A DNA stretch of 64,000 nt from Amoebidium appalachense (GCA_963693365.1 CAVNZM010000001.1:10814161-10878160), one strand, 5' to 3'; positions 24,424 through 43,111 are shown, counted from the stretch's first letter. The notes: generated by a model not told the origin, from the sequence alone. A program made the numbers and translations.

Positions 24424-25824
24424 AGATCGCGAAAGAGAAAAGATAGTGAGAGCAAGAGTAGGGGGGAGAAGAGAAGGGGGGGGGGGGGAGAGAGAGAGAT
24501 ATATATATATATAGAGAGAGAGATAGAGAGTGCGAGATAAACAAGTATACACACCAACACACGGGCTAACACGCGTATGCACAGAGAGAACTGCCACAAG
24601 AACCTAGAGCAATTTCCCATGATATTGGTATGGGCAGACTGGGAAGGGTTAGAGGGGAGGGGAGGAGGAGGAGAAGGCCAATGGAGGGCAGAGGTGAAAG
24701 GGAGTTAGTCAATCACTGAGTCACTGAAAGTGAAAGAGCCTGACAGAGAAAAAGGTGAGCGAGGGAGGGGCTTGAGATAAAGACAGAGAGATGTGGAGGG
24801 ATAGAGAGGGATTCGTGTGTTCGTGTGTGTGTGTGTGTGTGTACGTGTGTGTGTGGGTGGGTGTGTGTGTGTGCTATGTATGTACAACCGGTGGTGGGCC
24901 TACCCCCCGTTCTATTACGGCATCCGTTTTCCCTTTTGGCCCACCTTTCTGACACCGTTCCCTCCCACTCTTGTTTTTTCCAGATCTGTCGACGGCACCG
25001 AGGACCCTTTCGACTACCTCATCCTATGCACGGGGTCCAGCTATCCCATGTTCAAGGGGAATGTTTACGGCGGGGCACAGCAGCCACTTGACGCAGCCGG
25101 GCGGCGGAAGGAATTTGCGCAGTTGAGCGAGAAGATCCGCGCCGCAAACAGCTATCTCGTCGTGGGTGGGGGTGCGGTTGGTGTGGAATTGGCCGGGGAA
25201 CTATCCACCTACTATCCCGAAAAGAAATTGACGTTGGTGCACAACCACGAGCGGCTGTTGCAGACGCTTAAGGCACCCCCTGGCGACAACGTGAAGAGGT
25301 GGCTCGAGAAGAGGGGGGCATCTGTGCTCCTTAACCAGAGGGTCGACCTTAACGCACCTGCCGAATCTGGGCATTACGTGACCAACACAGGAAACAACGT
25401 TCAGGCTGACATGGTCTTTAACTGCACCGGAATTAAAGTCGACACCGGGTACATGCGCAAGAACTTTTCCGAATCGCTCGACAGCATGGGCCAGATTATG
25501 GTCGGATCCGATTTGAAGGTTGCTGGGACGGAAAACATACACGCGGTGGGGGATTGCAACAACACGCCCAACGCAAAAATGGGTGCCCTGGCGTATTTTC
25601 AGGGCCAGGTTGCGGCCGACAACATTTTGAACGAGGCGGCCGGGGGCAAGGGTGGCCTAAAAAAATACAAACCGCCAGCACCGATGATGGTGGTGGCCGT
25701 GGGGAAGAATTACGCCGTTGGTCAGACCCCGCTTGGTTGCATGCAAGGGTTTCCTCTGACTTTTGCCAAGAGCAGGGGACTGTTTGTTGATACTATTCGT
25801 AGTGGCCTTGGGGTGATGGAGTAA
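23760..25824 (+). CDS. AIFM2: FAD-dependent pyridine nucleotide oxidoreductase, AIFM2/FSP1 (AMID)-like
   Basis: Exons 23760-~24034 (donor GTAAGG; an alternative GT donor lies 6 nt upstream in the same phase) and 24984-25824. Motifs VVIVGGGLAG, FDYLILCTGS, VVGGGAVGVELAGE, TLVH, NIHAVGDC. Confidence 0.9.
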
Positions 25825-26271
25825 CCCGGCCTGTTTGTGTGTTTCCCTGTGGGGCGTGGCACGTTTTGAAGTTCCGCTTTTAGTTCGTGCTGATTGAGTG
25901 CAAATATTGCTATATTTAGTTTAGTTGCTTGATCTGTTAGTGCTTCGTAGGTTTTCTGATTCACTTCCCTTAACAACTAATACTTTTGGCACTCTGTGGG
26001 AAAGGTTAATTGCGAATAAGTTGGTTGGGCGTGGTTTGATAATAATTTCTGAATTAGCTGTAATTCAGCACCTAAGTAACTTGGGAGTATGTAACCGAGG
26101 AAGCAGATCGTATGTAAATAAGAGGTATGGTGTATGTGATAGAAAGAGTAACGTATTTAACTGAAATGTGTCTAAGTATGAAAAGTCGGAATGTCTCAGG
26201 ATCATCCGCGAGAACGGGATCAAACCTCTGTGCCTGGGGCCGTGTACAGCTGCACAAATGTCTTTTGGTTT

Positions 26272-26311
<40 letters not shown>

Positions 26312-26450
26312 ACCTCTTTATAAACGTTGTAAAAAGAGGTATATGGTTCCCCCCCCCCTTCCGCTCCCCCCCATCCACATGCCACCACCCAAGGGCCTCC
26401 TCTTCCTCTCTCTCTCACTCTCCCCCCCCCCCCCCCCCCCCCCACCCCCC

Positions 26451-26559
26451 CAATCCCCCCACCCCGACTCTCCCCCCTCCCTCATCCCCCCCCCCCAAAA
26501 AAGAAAGACATGAAATAGGCCGCGGTATACACATCCCTCTCTCTCTCTCTCTCTCTCTC

Positions 26560-26603
<44 letters not shown>

Positions 26604-26684
26604 CCCCCCACCCCGACTCTCCCCCCTCCCTCCCCCCCCCCCCAAAAAAAAGAAAGACATGAAATAGGCCGCGGTATACACATC

Positions 26685-26748
<64 letters not shown>
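26451..26748. repeat. Local tandem duplication (~149-bp unit) with poly-C and (CT)n
   Basis: CAATCCCCCCACCCCGACTCTCCCCCCTCCCTC...AAGAAAGACATGAAATAGGCCGCGGTATACACATCC occurs twice, at 26451 and 26600. Confidence 0.85.
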
Positions 26749-26753
<5 letters not shown>

Positions 26754-26895
26754 CCCCCCCCCCCTCCCCCCAAACTCTCTCTCCCTCCCTCCCCCCCCCC
26801 CCCCCCCCCCGGTTCTTCCCCTCCACCCCCCCCCCCCCCCAAAAAAAAAAAAAAAAAAAAAAAAAAAAACAGCACCCAAGCAAGTGTTTTTTTTG

Positions 26896-27040
26896 GTGCA
26901 CGGACGACTCAGCCATACCTGAGAATGGGCTCTGCTTATAAGAGAATTTTCGTGTATTCGTTGCAGGCTCTGTTTTGTGTTGCCTGCCGTCATTTCTTCA
27001 TGTTATTACGGGGCATCGTGCTCTATAAGGCCTTCTACCC
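26896..27040 (+). mobile_element. Diverged 3' fragment of family A
   Basis: GGACGAC...CCTGAGAATGGGCTCTGCTTAT core; ends CCTTCTACCC into poly-C. Confidence 0.6.
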
Positions 27041-27107
27041 CCCCCCCCCCCCCCCCCCCCCCCAGGCACCAGTGTATTTCCCTTCCCCTCCTATTCTGCC
27101 CCTTCCC

Positions 27108-27157
<50 letters not shown>

Positions 27158-27386
27158 CCCCACCATCCCCACCACCACCACCACCACCCACCCACCCACT
27201 CACACACACACATTTCTTTTGTGACACGGAGATCCGGTGTACAAGAAATGTCAAATTATCGAGTGTCTGATTGGGTGCACACACAGGACACGCACGCGCG
27301 CACACACACAACCAAGCGCGCGCGCGCGCGTCCACATGTACACACACACGCACATACGTACAGACACACACTGTGGCACCGGCCGT

Positions 27387-27458
<72 letters not shown>

Positions 27459-28919
27459 CACACACAGGCACACACACGTATTTTTGGATGTATTCAACGC
27501 CCATTGCAACTACGGTGCAATATATTTACTATGCACATGCACGCCTGCATGTGCACGTCAGTATACGCTGTGTTTTTCAGTAGTTTCCGCATGTAAAAAA
27601 ATACGCGTGCACACACCACCGGTACCATATAAATTTATTGGTAGTGCCAAGCAAAAAACGGCTTTTTATCAGCATTGGGCAGACCTAGGGCGTCCTGGCC
27701 CCGTGGCCACCTGACTGCTAGCATGCCGTTTGATGTATGCAAATAGGTCTAAGGTCAACATGTGCCCAGGCAACCCCGTGCCCGCACCCGCTAAAGCGCT
27801 TTCGCCCACCGCCTTCAACTCCTCCCCGGCGCCCTCATCCCCGCGGCCCCCCCCCCCCCCCTTCCCACCACCACCACCTCCTCCTCCCCGCACTTCCCCC
27901 CGGGCCCTCCCTCCTTCTCCGGCTCGCCTCATCTGCAGCTTGACATTGACACGTGTGCCAAAGGGCCCGTGTATGTGGTTGGGCGGTCCGGAGTTATGAA
28001 GTCCCGTTTTGGTTTATCTGGCTGGTGGTGATTGGCTGTTAAATAATCTGTTCAGATCGAGCCTCTGCTGATTGGCTCCATAAAATAGATCGGGTAGATG
28101 GTAGCTGTAGGATGGTTAGCTCGCCCTGTTTCCACGACTCCACAAAAGAATCCACACATCTATGCATCCCGAAGTTCAAGGAAAGAGTGACTATAGTGTT
28201 CGACAAGAAAGCCTAAGATTAGTCAGAAAGACACAAGAGCATATCGGATAGCTTTGTTATATTTGTTTACCCTCAATGTGTCAACTCGTGTATCTCAAGT
28301 TCCACTCGAACAAACATTCCCGGAATGTGCAGCAAGTGCCACGGGATGACGTGATGTCACTTTGCGAAGGTGTAGCTTTTGGCGTCATTCGACGTCAGTT
28401 AAAAGTATAAAGCCTTTTATAAGTCTTTACCTTCCGCTTTTTTGTGGGGGAAAAAAAACGGTGCTTGTTAATTAGCCAACGGGGCTTGGCATTGCTCGTT
28501 CGAATCGTCACGTGAGTGCTGGCTCGATGCTAGCGAAACCGTTACAACGGAAAGCTTGAGGAAGCAATTGCATCACTATTAAAATCTAAATGTGGGACCT
28601 TGTGCAATGCTGTCCGGATCCATGCCTGAGTATGCCGGAGCACGTGACAGACTCTCCGGACCTGTGCCCCTGGCTCACTCATGATCAACGGGTGTCCAGT
28701 GCTCACCAAGTCACGCAAACGTTCATTGGTAGGATTGTATGAGGCGGGGTTGGATTTTTGGTGGTTCCTACAGATTCCATATATAAAAACCTTTCTTTTC
28801 TGTTTTTTTATATTGTAGTTTGCTTGTGCATCTGATTGCACACTTCACACACCTGCCCGTTGCGGAGGCAGATATGATGATCATCTTGGAAGATAGATGT
28901 GGGCACAGCTATTGGGTAA

Positions 28920-29045
28920 TTGGCGGGCTAACGGAGCCAATCATTTCGTAGCACAGCACCTAAGCCAATCAAACCGAGCCTTGATATCCGGAGTAACAAG
29001 AGCTGATTGGTTGGAATCTCAATGTCCCAACAAGTATATAAAGCC
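28920..29045 (+). promoter_or_regulatory. GFAT core promoter
   Basis: Clustered CCAAT/ATTGG motifs (~28920, 28938, 28966, 29006) and TATATAAAG at 29035-29043, about 130 bp before the ATG. Confidence 0.55.
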
Positions 29046-29166
29046 ACCACTCCCCCCGGTCCCTCAGTTCGACCGGTCGATTTCGCACTGCGTTCTTTGC
29101 AACAAACGCGTTAAGTACACAGCAGGCTTTTATCACTTTCGTTTTTATCCATCGCAAAGCGCGAAA

Positions 29167-33668
<4,502 letters not shown>

Positions 33669-35139
33669 GGAGTTGCGCATGGGATGGTTGGTGTAGCCTA
33701 AATTCCTTACTGGTGCTGCAGAAGAAAGGTGTGCGTGGCCGTTAAGGGGCTTTTTCCCCCACTGTGGGGAATGGATTGAAAGGATCGGTTATATCGTTAA
33801 CGACTTAAGTATATCGGCAGAGATGTTGGTCGAAATAAGAACATGAGTACATGGATTTGAAAATGAATTCGAAGTAGTATTAATATTGTGATTATAGGCC
33901 CATGATATTCAATAATAGCCGCTATAGGCTTGTAGTAGCAAAAAGATACATATCCGAAGAAATATTAGTAAGTTGTATCTCAGTCACGAAGACCTACCGT
34001 ATGTTACGGAGGCACGAACGTAAATCTCCCCTTCGGAGATAATAATAATAGGGGCTTAGCCCCACACATATGCACCCACACTAATTTTCGCGGCGGAGAC
34101 CGTGTGTGCGATTGATGATTGTGAGGGATGCTTCATCCCACACAATCAAGAGACAAATTACGGTGGTGTTTATGATGGTGTGTGCACCTGTTTATGCGCG
34201 CGTGCGCGCATGTGTGTGTGTGTGTGTGTTCGCGCGCATGTGCGTGTGTATTGGGGGGTGGGGGGGGAATACGTAAAGGGGCACGAATTCTTGATACAAA
34301 GGTGTGGTGGTGGTGGCGGTGGAACACGTGTACACATGCGTATACACACAACACACACAAACTACACGCATACGCACACGCACACACACACACCGGGAGG
34401 GGGGAGGGGGAGGGGGAACACGTAAAGGAGGCCCAAATTACTATAAAATTGATGGGATAGATATAAAATTGTGGTGGTGGTGGTGCCGGCACACATATAC
34501 ACGTATATATACGCACACATGCACATACTCGCGTGTACACGCACGCGCACACACGTACACGTATTCGCACATACACACATGCATATGGTACACACACACA
34601 CAACACACACACACACACACACACGGCATTCACATACATACACAGACACGCAACACATCTTCCTGTCGCCCTAAATCCATATTCCTACTTTTTTTATTGT
34701 TTTATTGTTCCTACTTTTTTATTATTATTTTATCTATGATCATGAATGTATCCGAGTACAAGCCCGGGTGCGCACCAGAATATGATGCACCTTTATCCAA
34801 TGAAAATCTTGTTAAGATGCACTAAAAACGAATCAGTAAATAAAAAAAAGACAGACGCAAGTGCCAAGTAGCTGCCAACTGCTGAGGGTTTGTGACCGTT
34901 GTGCCGGTACGTACCGTAACCGTTGAAAGTTGGAAGCCGGAAGTGGATGATGATAGAGTGAAAACGTTAGTGTAACGGGTGGTTATAATTATGAAAGCTT
35001 CGCTGTTGGTGCCATATAGGCCGAACTTCCCTAATTCCTGATCCCCAGCCTTGAGAATTGCACCCAACAACTACATCCATGGCATACGCAACTTCCCAAA
35101 GACCTTGAAGAGACGTGTTTTAGTACCCTCAGGTCAAGC

Positions 35140-35841
35140 ATGAGTTTTGCATCAGACCCACACGGGTCGTTTCTTCGCGAAACACGGCGCATTCTCGCCG
35201 CGAGCAAGAGATCGCCTGATGAGTGGTCACCGGCGCAGTTACGCAAACAGCTGCAAAAATTTTTCGCTGTTGACCTTGCCCCGTATACGTCGCAGATAAA
35301 CCAAGTGTTTATCCAGGTGGTTCAAGAACTAACGGACCTCACTGCCTCAGCGAGATCAGTAGCATCATCCCAGCAAGCTATAGTACAAGCACCACATGTT
35401 TCTTCTGGTCATGCAGCTGTATCAACGGTACCCTTTCAATCATTTCCTGTTGGAGGAAGTAATGTTTCGGCTGCTTCGGCTACTGGTTTTCCCAACTTCA
35501 ATCAGCATCAGGCAGGATGGGATATACCACCGTTACATCAATCAGGTGGGTGGGTTTGCACAAATCATCTTGTTTTCCTGTGTTATGATTTCTGGTTTTT
35601 GAACATGCCGTGGCTTGTCGTGGGTGTCACTTGCCAGTTTCGTTTTGTGCTGCACGTATGACTTAAGAGCACAGTTAGCTGGTCGCTCATGGGGGGGATA
35701 AGTATTTGTTAGAGACCAGAGGGAAATATGGACATGATCATGCACACATGTAAGTTTAGCTTCGTGCACACAGACAATAAGACACACACACGTTCGCCTG
35801 TGCCACACGCTGCTTGTGTGTGTGTGTGTGTGTGTGTGTGT

Positions 35842-35881
<40 letters not shown>

Positions 35882-35915
35882 ACGTTCGCCTGTGCACACA
35901 CACACCACGCGCTGC

Positions 35916-35958
<43 letters not shown>

Positions 35959-36083
35959 GCGCACACACTTGCAGACACACACACACGCGCGCGCACACAC
36001 ACACGCACACACATGTGCACACGTTCACGCATGCACAAACAGATACACCCACGCCCCATGTGGGCATTCATACGGACACACAT

Positions 36084-36153
<70 letters not shown>

Positions 36154-37505
36154 ACATGGCAATACCTAAACATCCTTTCACCATGTCCCAAGTTCCTTTT
36201 TCTCAGCGAAGAAATGCTAAACACGTCGTATGCAAAGCGTTACAATCTGAACGCTGCCCAACCCCTTCCTTATCTTTAGTAGTCTCTACCCTCCCCCCCC
36301 CCCCCCCCCCTTGCCCTTTGGTTGGTCTTGGAGGTGAGAGGGGAAAGGACTGGGGCTTCTCCTCCCCCCACGGGGGGGGGGGGGGGGGGGGGGGTTGCTG
36401 ACCGAGACTGTGTACCTGTATCAACGCACATCGGTAGCAAGTATAGTGGGCCTCCACAGTAAAGTGAGAATAGAGCTTGAATATTGAAAAGAAGAGCACG
36501 TGATAGTTGAAGTGAATGCAGATGAGTTGGCTAATACAGAAGTGCTGATTGATAAAAAGGGCATTGATGAAATCGGGGCCTGATGAAAAGTATGAGGGGT
36601 CTACGAAATGGGGGTATTTGTAAATAAGAAGTGTCGATGAGACAGGTGTTGATTAAAGATGATTTGATAAGGAATAGAAACTGGGTAATAGAATTGGGAT
36701 AATGGCAAAACAGTGGCAAGAGGTATCTTTGAAACAGGATTCTGTATTGAACAGAAGTGCACATAAGACAGAGAACTCGATAGCGCATGTGTGCAGTTAC
36801 AACGAAGGTATCGACAAAATTAACGTGTATACAAAACATAGGTGCAATGTAAAGCAGAATTACAAAGCAGCGTTAGAATAGGGCGAAGTATCTCCCTCTC
36901 CCCTCCCCCCCCCCCCCCTCCTCCCCTTTTCCTCCCCTTCCTAGACACCAACCTGTCCCCTTTTCACTCTGCAGGGATTTCACAATTACAAGCCCGGGGC
37001 CCAGCACCCACCCAAGGAACCCAACACAGACCCACCATCGCCGCCCCTTCAGCGACCCCCCAAGCCCACCACGAAAGCGATGAAAGTGATGAAAATGATG
37101 AACCCCCCTCACCCCCACCTGCGCCACAAGGCAAAAAGGGGGGCTGTGGAAAGGGACATAAACCCGCGGCGGTATATACGGCGGACATTACTTGTCCCCG
37201 GGAGGAAAATGACATTAGCGACAGTGACCGTCGGCCAATAACAAAGGGGCCTGATGGTTTGTTTCATTGCCCTGATCCGGGGTGCACAAAGACTTTCAAG
37301 TCGTTTGTTGGGGCGTGGTACCATCGGAAGGTGGGTGTTGTGTGTGTGTGTGGGGGGGGGGGGGGGGGGGGGGGGGGAGGGCGGATGGATAGAGGTGGGT
37401 GGGTGGGTGGGGATGGGAGTGGTGTAGGTGTGTGTGTGGGTGGGGGGGTGGGGCGATGGGTATGGGTTGGTGTGGGTTGGTGGTTGGGTACTGGTGGGTG
37501 CGGGT

Positions 37506-37600
<95 letters not shown>

Positions 37601-38026
37601 GCATTAATCCCTATTCGTTCAACCCCTCTTCGCCTTCACTCTTTCTTGTCAGGGTTGCGTCGCCCAGCATTGGTTTGATACTGAATGATGTTTGTTCTAG
37701 CGCTTTCACATATGGTTGGTTGTATCCCGGGCACATGAGAGAATAGCATGTCTCTGCTTAAAATATGAAAACAAATCCTGCTACCGCTCTGTGCTTGCAT
37801 ACTCTCCGATGTTTTGTTGTTGTCCTCTGGTGTCTCCTCCATATTTCCAACCCGCTAACACATACATCACCCCCCCCCCCCCCCCCCCCCCAGGCCCGCC
37901 CTCCCCTACACACACCCCCCTATACTTTCTACACCTCCCTTCCCTTCCTCTCCCTTTTGGGCCTCCAAGTTCCTCTAATTCTACCCCCCTGCTACGAATA
38001 TGCTGTTTGGATCCCTGCCGCCTCCC

Positions 38027-38070
<44 letters not shown>

Positions 38071-38670
38071 CCGCCCTCCAGCCCCACCACCTTTTTATCC
38101 CCTTATCCGCTTGGCACTAAACATGATATTCTCCAATTCATTTTACACACACACACACACACACACACTTGCTCTCTTGCATTCTCACACACTCATTCAC
38201 CCACACACACGCACACATGCACTCGCTCACACCTCCATCCCCTCCCCCCTCCCCCCCCCCCCCCCCCCTCTCCCCTCCCCCCACTGGCCTCAAACCCACC
38301 TACCCTCCTCCTCCCACCCACCCCCAACTCACACACACACTCACACACATCCCACACAAACATATTTCAGCGGGTAGCCAACAAGCGCGAATACAAGTGC
38401 AACGTGGAGGGCTGCAACAAGGCCTACAACACACCAAACAAGATGCGAGACCACTACTTTCGCAAACACAAAACGGACGTTATCTGCCCGCAGTGTAATA
38501 TGGGTTTTGGGGCAGAGTATATGCTCAAAATGCATATTGCCGATACGCATGGTAGGTGTGTTCTGCTCGTTCCTCTGTCTTGTTTTCCCTTGGCTGTCTC
38601 GGTCGTTCTCTCTTTCTCTCCTCTCTCTCGCTCCTCCCTCCATCTGTCTCTGTCTGTCACACACGCATAT

Positions 38671-38704
<34 letters not shown>

Positions 38705-38953
38705 TCTCACACACTCTCTCTTCTCCCCCCCTCCCCCCCCCCCCCCCCTCCGTCTCTCCCTCCCTTTCTTCCCCTCTCTCTCTGCCTCCCCCTCAACCTC
38801 TCTCTCTTTTCCGCCATTAAATCAACCCTCCCCAACAAAAAATGGAGGGGAAGGGGGGGGAAGAGAAAAAAAAGGGAGGGAAATCCCCTTCACATTTCAC
38901 GTCTCTTGGTTTGTGTTTCATCTACTACCAAAGAAGAAAGAATGATCCCGAGA

Positions 38954-39014
<61 letters not shown>

Positions 39015-39734
39015 CAGAGAGAGAGAGTCGCGAGGTCCACAAAACCTTCCTCCCTACACCAGCCGGGGAAGCCTATGTTTTGAGGAAGTGACTAATGGGC
39101 AACCCAAACTCAACTTATCAAAGGATTATCGTTGGCTATCCATGCCAATATTTATGTTTCAGTAATTTCACATACGTTATATTCACTAGGTATCTCCCCT
39201 GCACAAATGCACTTGCCCTGCGTATCTTCTACACGAGACATTGCGGTAGACCATTCATAACCATCCAAACCGACATCTTGATCCAATTTTCACGTTTAGA
39301 TCCACTAGTATCTCTTTTGGATACACACGCTAACTTTGCATATCTCCTTCCCTGCATATCACAGTCGACCAGAAGCTCGTGTGTGGGATCGATGGCTGCA
39401 CCAAAACTTTACCAAATTCTCTGAAGAGGAAAGCCCACATCAGAAGCTATCACAGTACGAACCCCCCCCCCCCCCCCCTCCCCTCCCCCCCCCCTCCCCT
39501 CCCCCCCCCCCCCCTCCAAAAAAAAAAAACCTCCCAACCCCCACCCCCTCCCCCTCCCTCCCCCTGAAACCCTCCTCCCCGCAACTTTGGCCCTAGCACA
39601 CACGTGCACAAATATTCACAAACACGTACCACCTGAAAGATGCGCACCGTGCACTCATGCACAGGCACGGTCGCCTTTTTCCCTTTTATTTTTTCGTTTT
39701 TGTTTGAGTGATGGAGCATTGCATGAGTTTTTTC

Positions 39735-39773
<39 letters not shown>

Positions 39774-40640
39774 TTCCCTTTTCTTTTTTCATTTTTGGTT
39801 GAGTGATGGAGCATTGCATACTTTTGAGTTTTTTCAGTTTTTTTTAACTTCAAGAATATCCCCCCCTTCCCCCCCCCCCCCTTCCCCTTTCTCCCCCTCC
39901 ATCCCTCCATCCCTCCCTCCCTCCATCCATCCATCCCTCCCTCCCTCCCTCCCTCTGGTATAGACTGTAGCTGGTGTGTGATTCCCCTACGTTTGAGCTT
40001 CGAGCTATGTATGTGGATCCAGACCCATTCAATAATCAACTACCAAGTAACCTAATTCTTGTTGAACGTCTTTACTTGGTTGACTCTCTCACAGAAACCC
40101 CCGGTTTACCCAGCCTCCCCCCCCCCCCCCCCCCCCCCCCCCCTTCTGCATACTCTGCCCGTTCCTGATGTTGCATATGGAATGTTTGCCGTGACATGTG
40201 TCCTGCACCGTGTTGCTCTTTTTGTCCATGTACTTCGTACCGTGTTCCGCATTCTAACCCCCCCCCCCCCCCCTCCCCCCCTTCCCTTTCCACCATACAT
40301 GCACACACACACACACACACTCACTCACTCACCCACACACACACGTACACACACACACACTCACAGTCACGCGCGCGCGCACACATACACACACACACAA
40401 CACACACACACACAGGAAACACCTATCCCGTGTTTGCATGCCGCGTTGTCGGGTGCGACGAAACATTTCCGACGCAAAAACTTGAACGGCGGCACTTTCT
40501 AGAAGCACACGAGGGGGCGGAGTGTGAGCCTGTGCTCCCCAACGAGACGAGGTACACGTGCCCAATCAGGGGGTGTCCGGCCCAATTCATATCCGTCGCT
40601 AATTGTAACTCACACGTGCTCGGGTATTTTATCCCCCCCC

Positions 40641-40671
<31 letters not shown>

Positions 40672-41081
40672 ACACACACACCCTCCCCACAACACCCGCC
40701 TACCCAGCCGTCCATGTCTTCTGCCGGCACTCCCCCCCCCCCCCTCCCCCCCCCCCAACCACAACCACCACCACCCACCCACCCACCCACTCCACCTCCC
40801 CCTTCTCCCTCTTCCCTTGCTGGTGGCCGCTCGGCGTAGAAGCACACGGAGAGAACTGTACAGTCACAAAGATGAAGACAGTCATGCAAAGGCACACACA
40901 CACACACACACACACGCACACACACGGGCATGTATGATTTAGGCTCATGGGTGTGTCCATGCTTGCAATCACGCACACGTATAGCCAGTGCTATACGCTT
41001 ACACCACGGGTGTCTGCTAGACATCCAAACACCAACCTTCCCCCTCCCCCCCTCCCCCCCCCCCCCCCTCCCCCAAACCAT

Positions 41082-41151
<70 letters not shown>

Positions 41152-41549
41152 GGCACACAGATACACACACGAACACACACACACACACATACAGGCACAC
41201 AGACACACACACGAACACATAAAGACAGACACCCTCCACCCCATCCCGCTGCTGATTCCACACCACCCGACACAGCCCATAAATGGTATCTGCATAGTTT
41301 TATATCTTGGTGCTTCTTTTTTTTTATCCTGTGTAATCCCAAATTTTACACTGGGAATCGTAGAATCTTATATCTTCAGCCAGGAGCTAGTAAGCATTTA
41401 ATCGATTAACACTGTTCCCATCTATGTCATGCATCCCCCCCCCCCCTCCCCCCCCCCCCCCACCCACACCCACCCACCCCCCCCCCTTCCCCCAATTCAC
41501 GCTGCAAAATAGCATGAATGCCTCGTGCCCGAGCTCACACACAAACACA

Positions 41550-41614
<65 letters not shown>

Positions 41615-42065
41615 CCGCCACGGTATCCGAGGCTACAAACACAAGCCTGCACCGTTTGATTTCATCCCCAAGGGATACCAAGCCGGCGAAACCCCCCGCT
41701 GCGATACTGGAAGTTTTCGAGCTCGAAGCGAAAATTCTTGAAAATGGGGGGGAACCAACAGGATTGGACGGGCAGAAGTGGGTGCTGAACATTGCGACTG
41801 GACAATGGACCCGCGTTCCGAAAAATATCCGAAAAGTCCCCTACGAGCCCCCGTTCAGGTGCCCGGTTACTGCATGCGCAGAGCCGATGGAGGATGAAGC
41901 TGAGTTGGATAAACACATGGACAAGTGAGTTTTGTTGAACCCCCCTCTCCCGCAGCCCCCTCCCCCGCCCCTCTCCGGCAGCCAGTTCCTCCCCCAACAC
42001 ATACACACATGCACATGCACACACGCATGCACGCACGCACGCACACCCGCGCTCGCGCGTGCACG

Positions 42066-42126
<61 letters not shown>

Positions 42127-42534
42127 GTGCAAAATGATGAGCTACACAGACCATCCAACCCGCGTGCACACGCACATGCACACACCTGAGCAAGCACACA
42201 AACATCCATATATTCAGGTATATGCGCATGTGTGCGCGCACACGCACACACAAACACACACACACACACACACACACACAGCCATAGCTAAGTGGAGAGG
42301 AGCGGTTTGAAACGGAAGAAAGAACCGGGAGGGGGAGGGGGGGGGGGATCGTAGTGTTAGGAATAAGAGAGAACGGGTAGCGGAGGCATCGGAATGAGTG
42401 TGGGATGGAGAAGGGGGAGAGAGGGGGGGGGGGGGGGGAAGGTTTGGGTGTTTGTGTGTGTATGTGTGTGTGGTGGGGGGGGGGGGGGGGGGGGGGGGGG
42501 TGATAGAGGAAAAAAAGGGATTGGGAAGTTCACT

Positions 42535-42577
<43 letters not shown>

Positions 42578-43111
42578 TTCCCAACGACATGCACACACTG
42601 ACACCTTCCACTGTGTGCACGGTGCAGGCAGCACGGGATTCTCGAATATTCCAAACTGACACCTGGCCGCGCATTCCTGGCGGCGCTTCAAGAAGACAGA
42701 CTCCTCCAAATGAGACGAACGAAACCCACGGGGAAACAGGGTTTGTTGTGGGTGTACCATCGTGGAAGAGCGGAGTTTAGATTGGACGTGAGGGTGGAAG
42801 GAATGAGCAAAGGGGAGATAAAAGCGGCTAGAAAACGACTTTATAGGGTTACAAAGAGGTTGAGGGAGGAAAGGAGGGAGAGGGATGGAGGGGAGGGGGT
42901 GAGTGGGGACATGGATAGGGATGACACACCCATGTTGGAATTGTTGAGGAAGGATGGGGAGAGGGATGAGGAGATCGAGGCTAATCGGATTACGATTAAG
43001 ATGGAGGATGGAGATTTGCGGGAGGACGAAGGAAATTATGTTGAGCAGGAGTGGGATTTGAGGATGGAGCTGCATAAGCAGTTTTTGCTGAATGGAACCA
43101 TGGATGAATGA
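35140..43111 (+). CDS. Multi-C2H2 zinc-finger protein with N-terminal DEK-C-like domain
   Basis: Exons 35140-35545, 36975-37330, 38371-38551, 39365-39454, 40416-40623, 41615-41924, 42628-43111. Six complete C2H2 fingers (two completed across splice junctions: HVLG|RH, HMDK|QH) plus one degenerate finger. N-terminus LRETRRIL...[17 protein letters not shown]...IN resembles DEK_C. Needs one C removed from the run at 41692-41697. Confidence 0.8.
37739..37872 (+). mobile_element. Short repeat, probable family A subfamily; inverted copy at 58800-58868
   Basis: TGTCTCCTCCATATTTCCAACCC.CTAAC.CATACATCACCCC is the reverse complement of 58800-58840; carries CTCTGCTTA like family A; ends in poly-C. Confidence 0.55.
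40165..40262 (+). mobile_element. 3' fragment of family A, closest to the 2170-2389 copy
   Basis: CTGATGTTGCATA..GAATGTTTGCC...CATGTGTCCT...GTACTTCGTACCGTGTTCCGCATTCTAACCCC; lies between two poly-C tracts. Confidence 0.7.

Noticed and set aside
36580-36620. CTGATGA...CGAAA hammerhead-like motif in zinc-finger intron 1
   Set aside because: Stem II does not close next to the core and no stems I or III can be formed.
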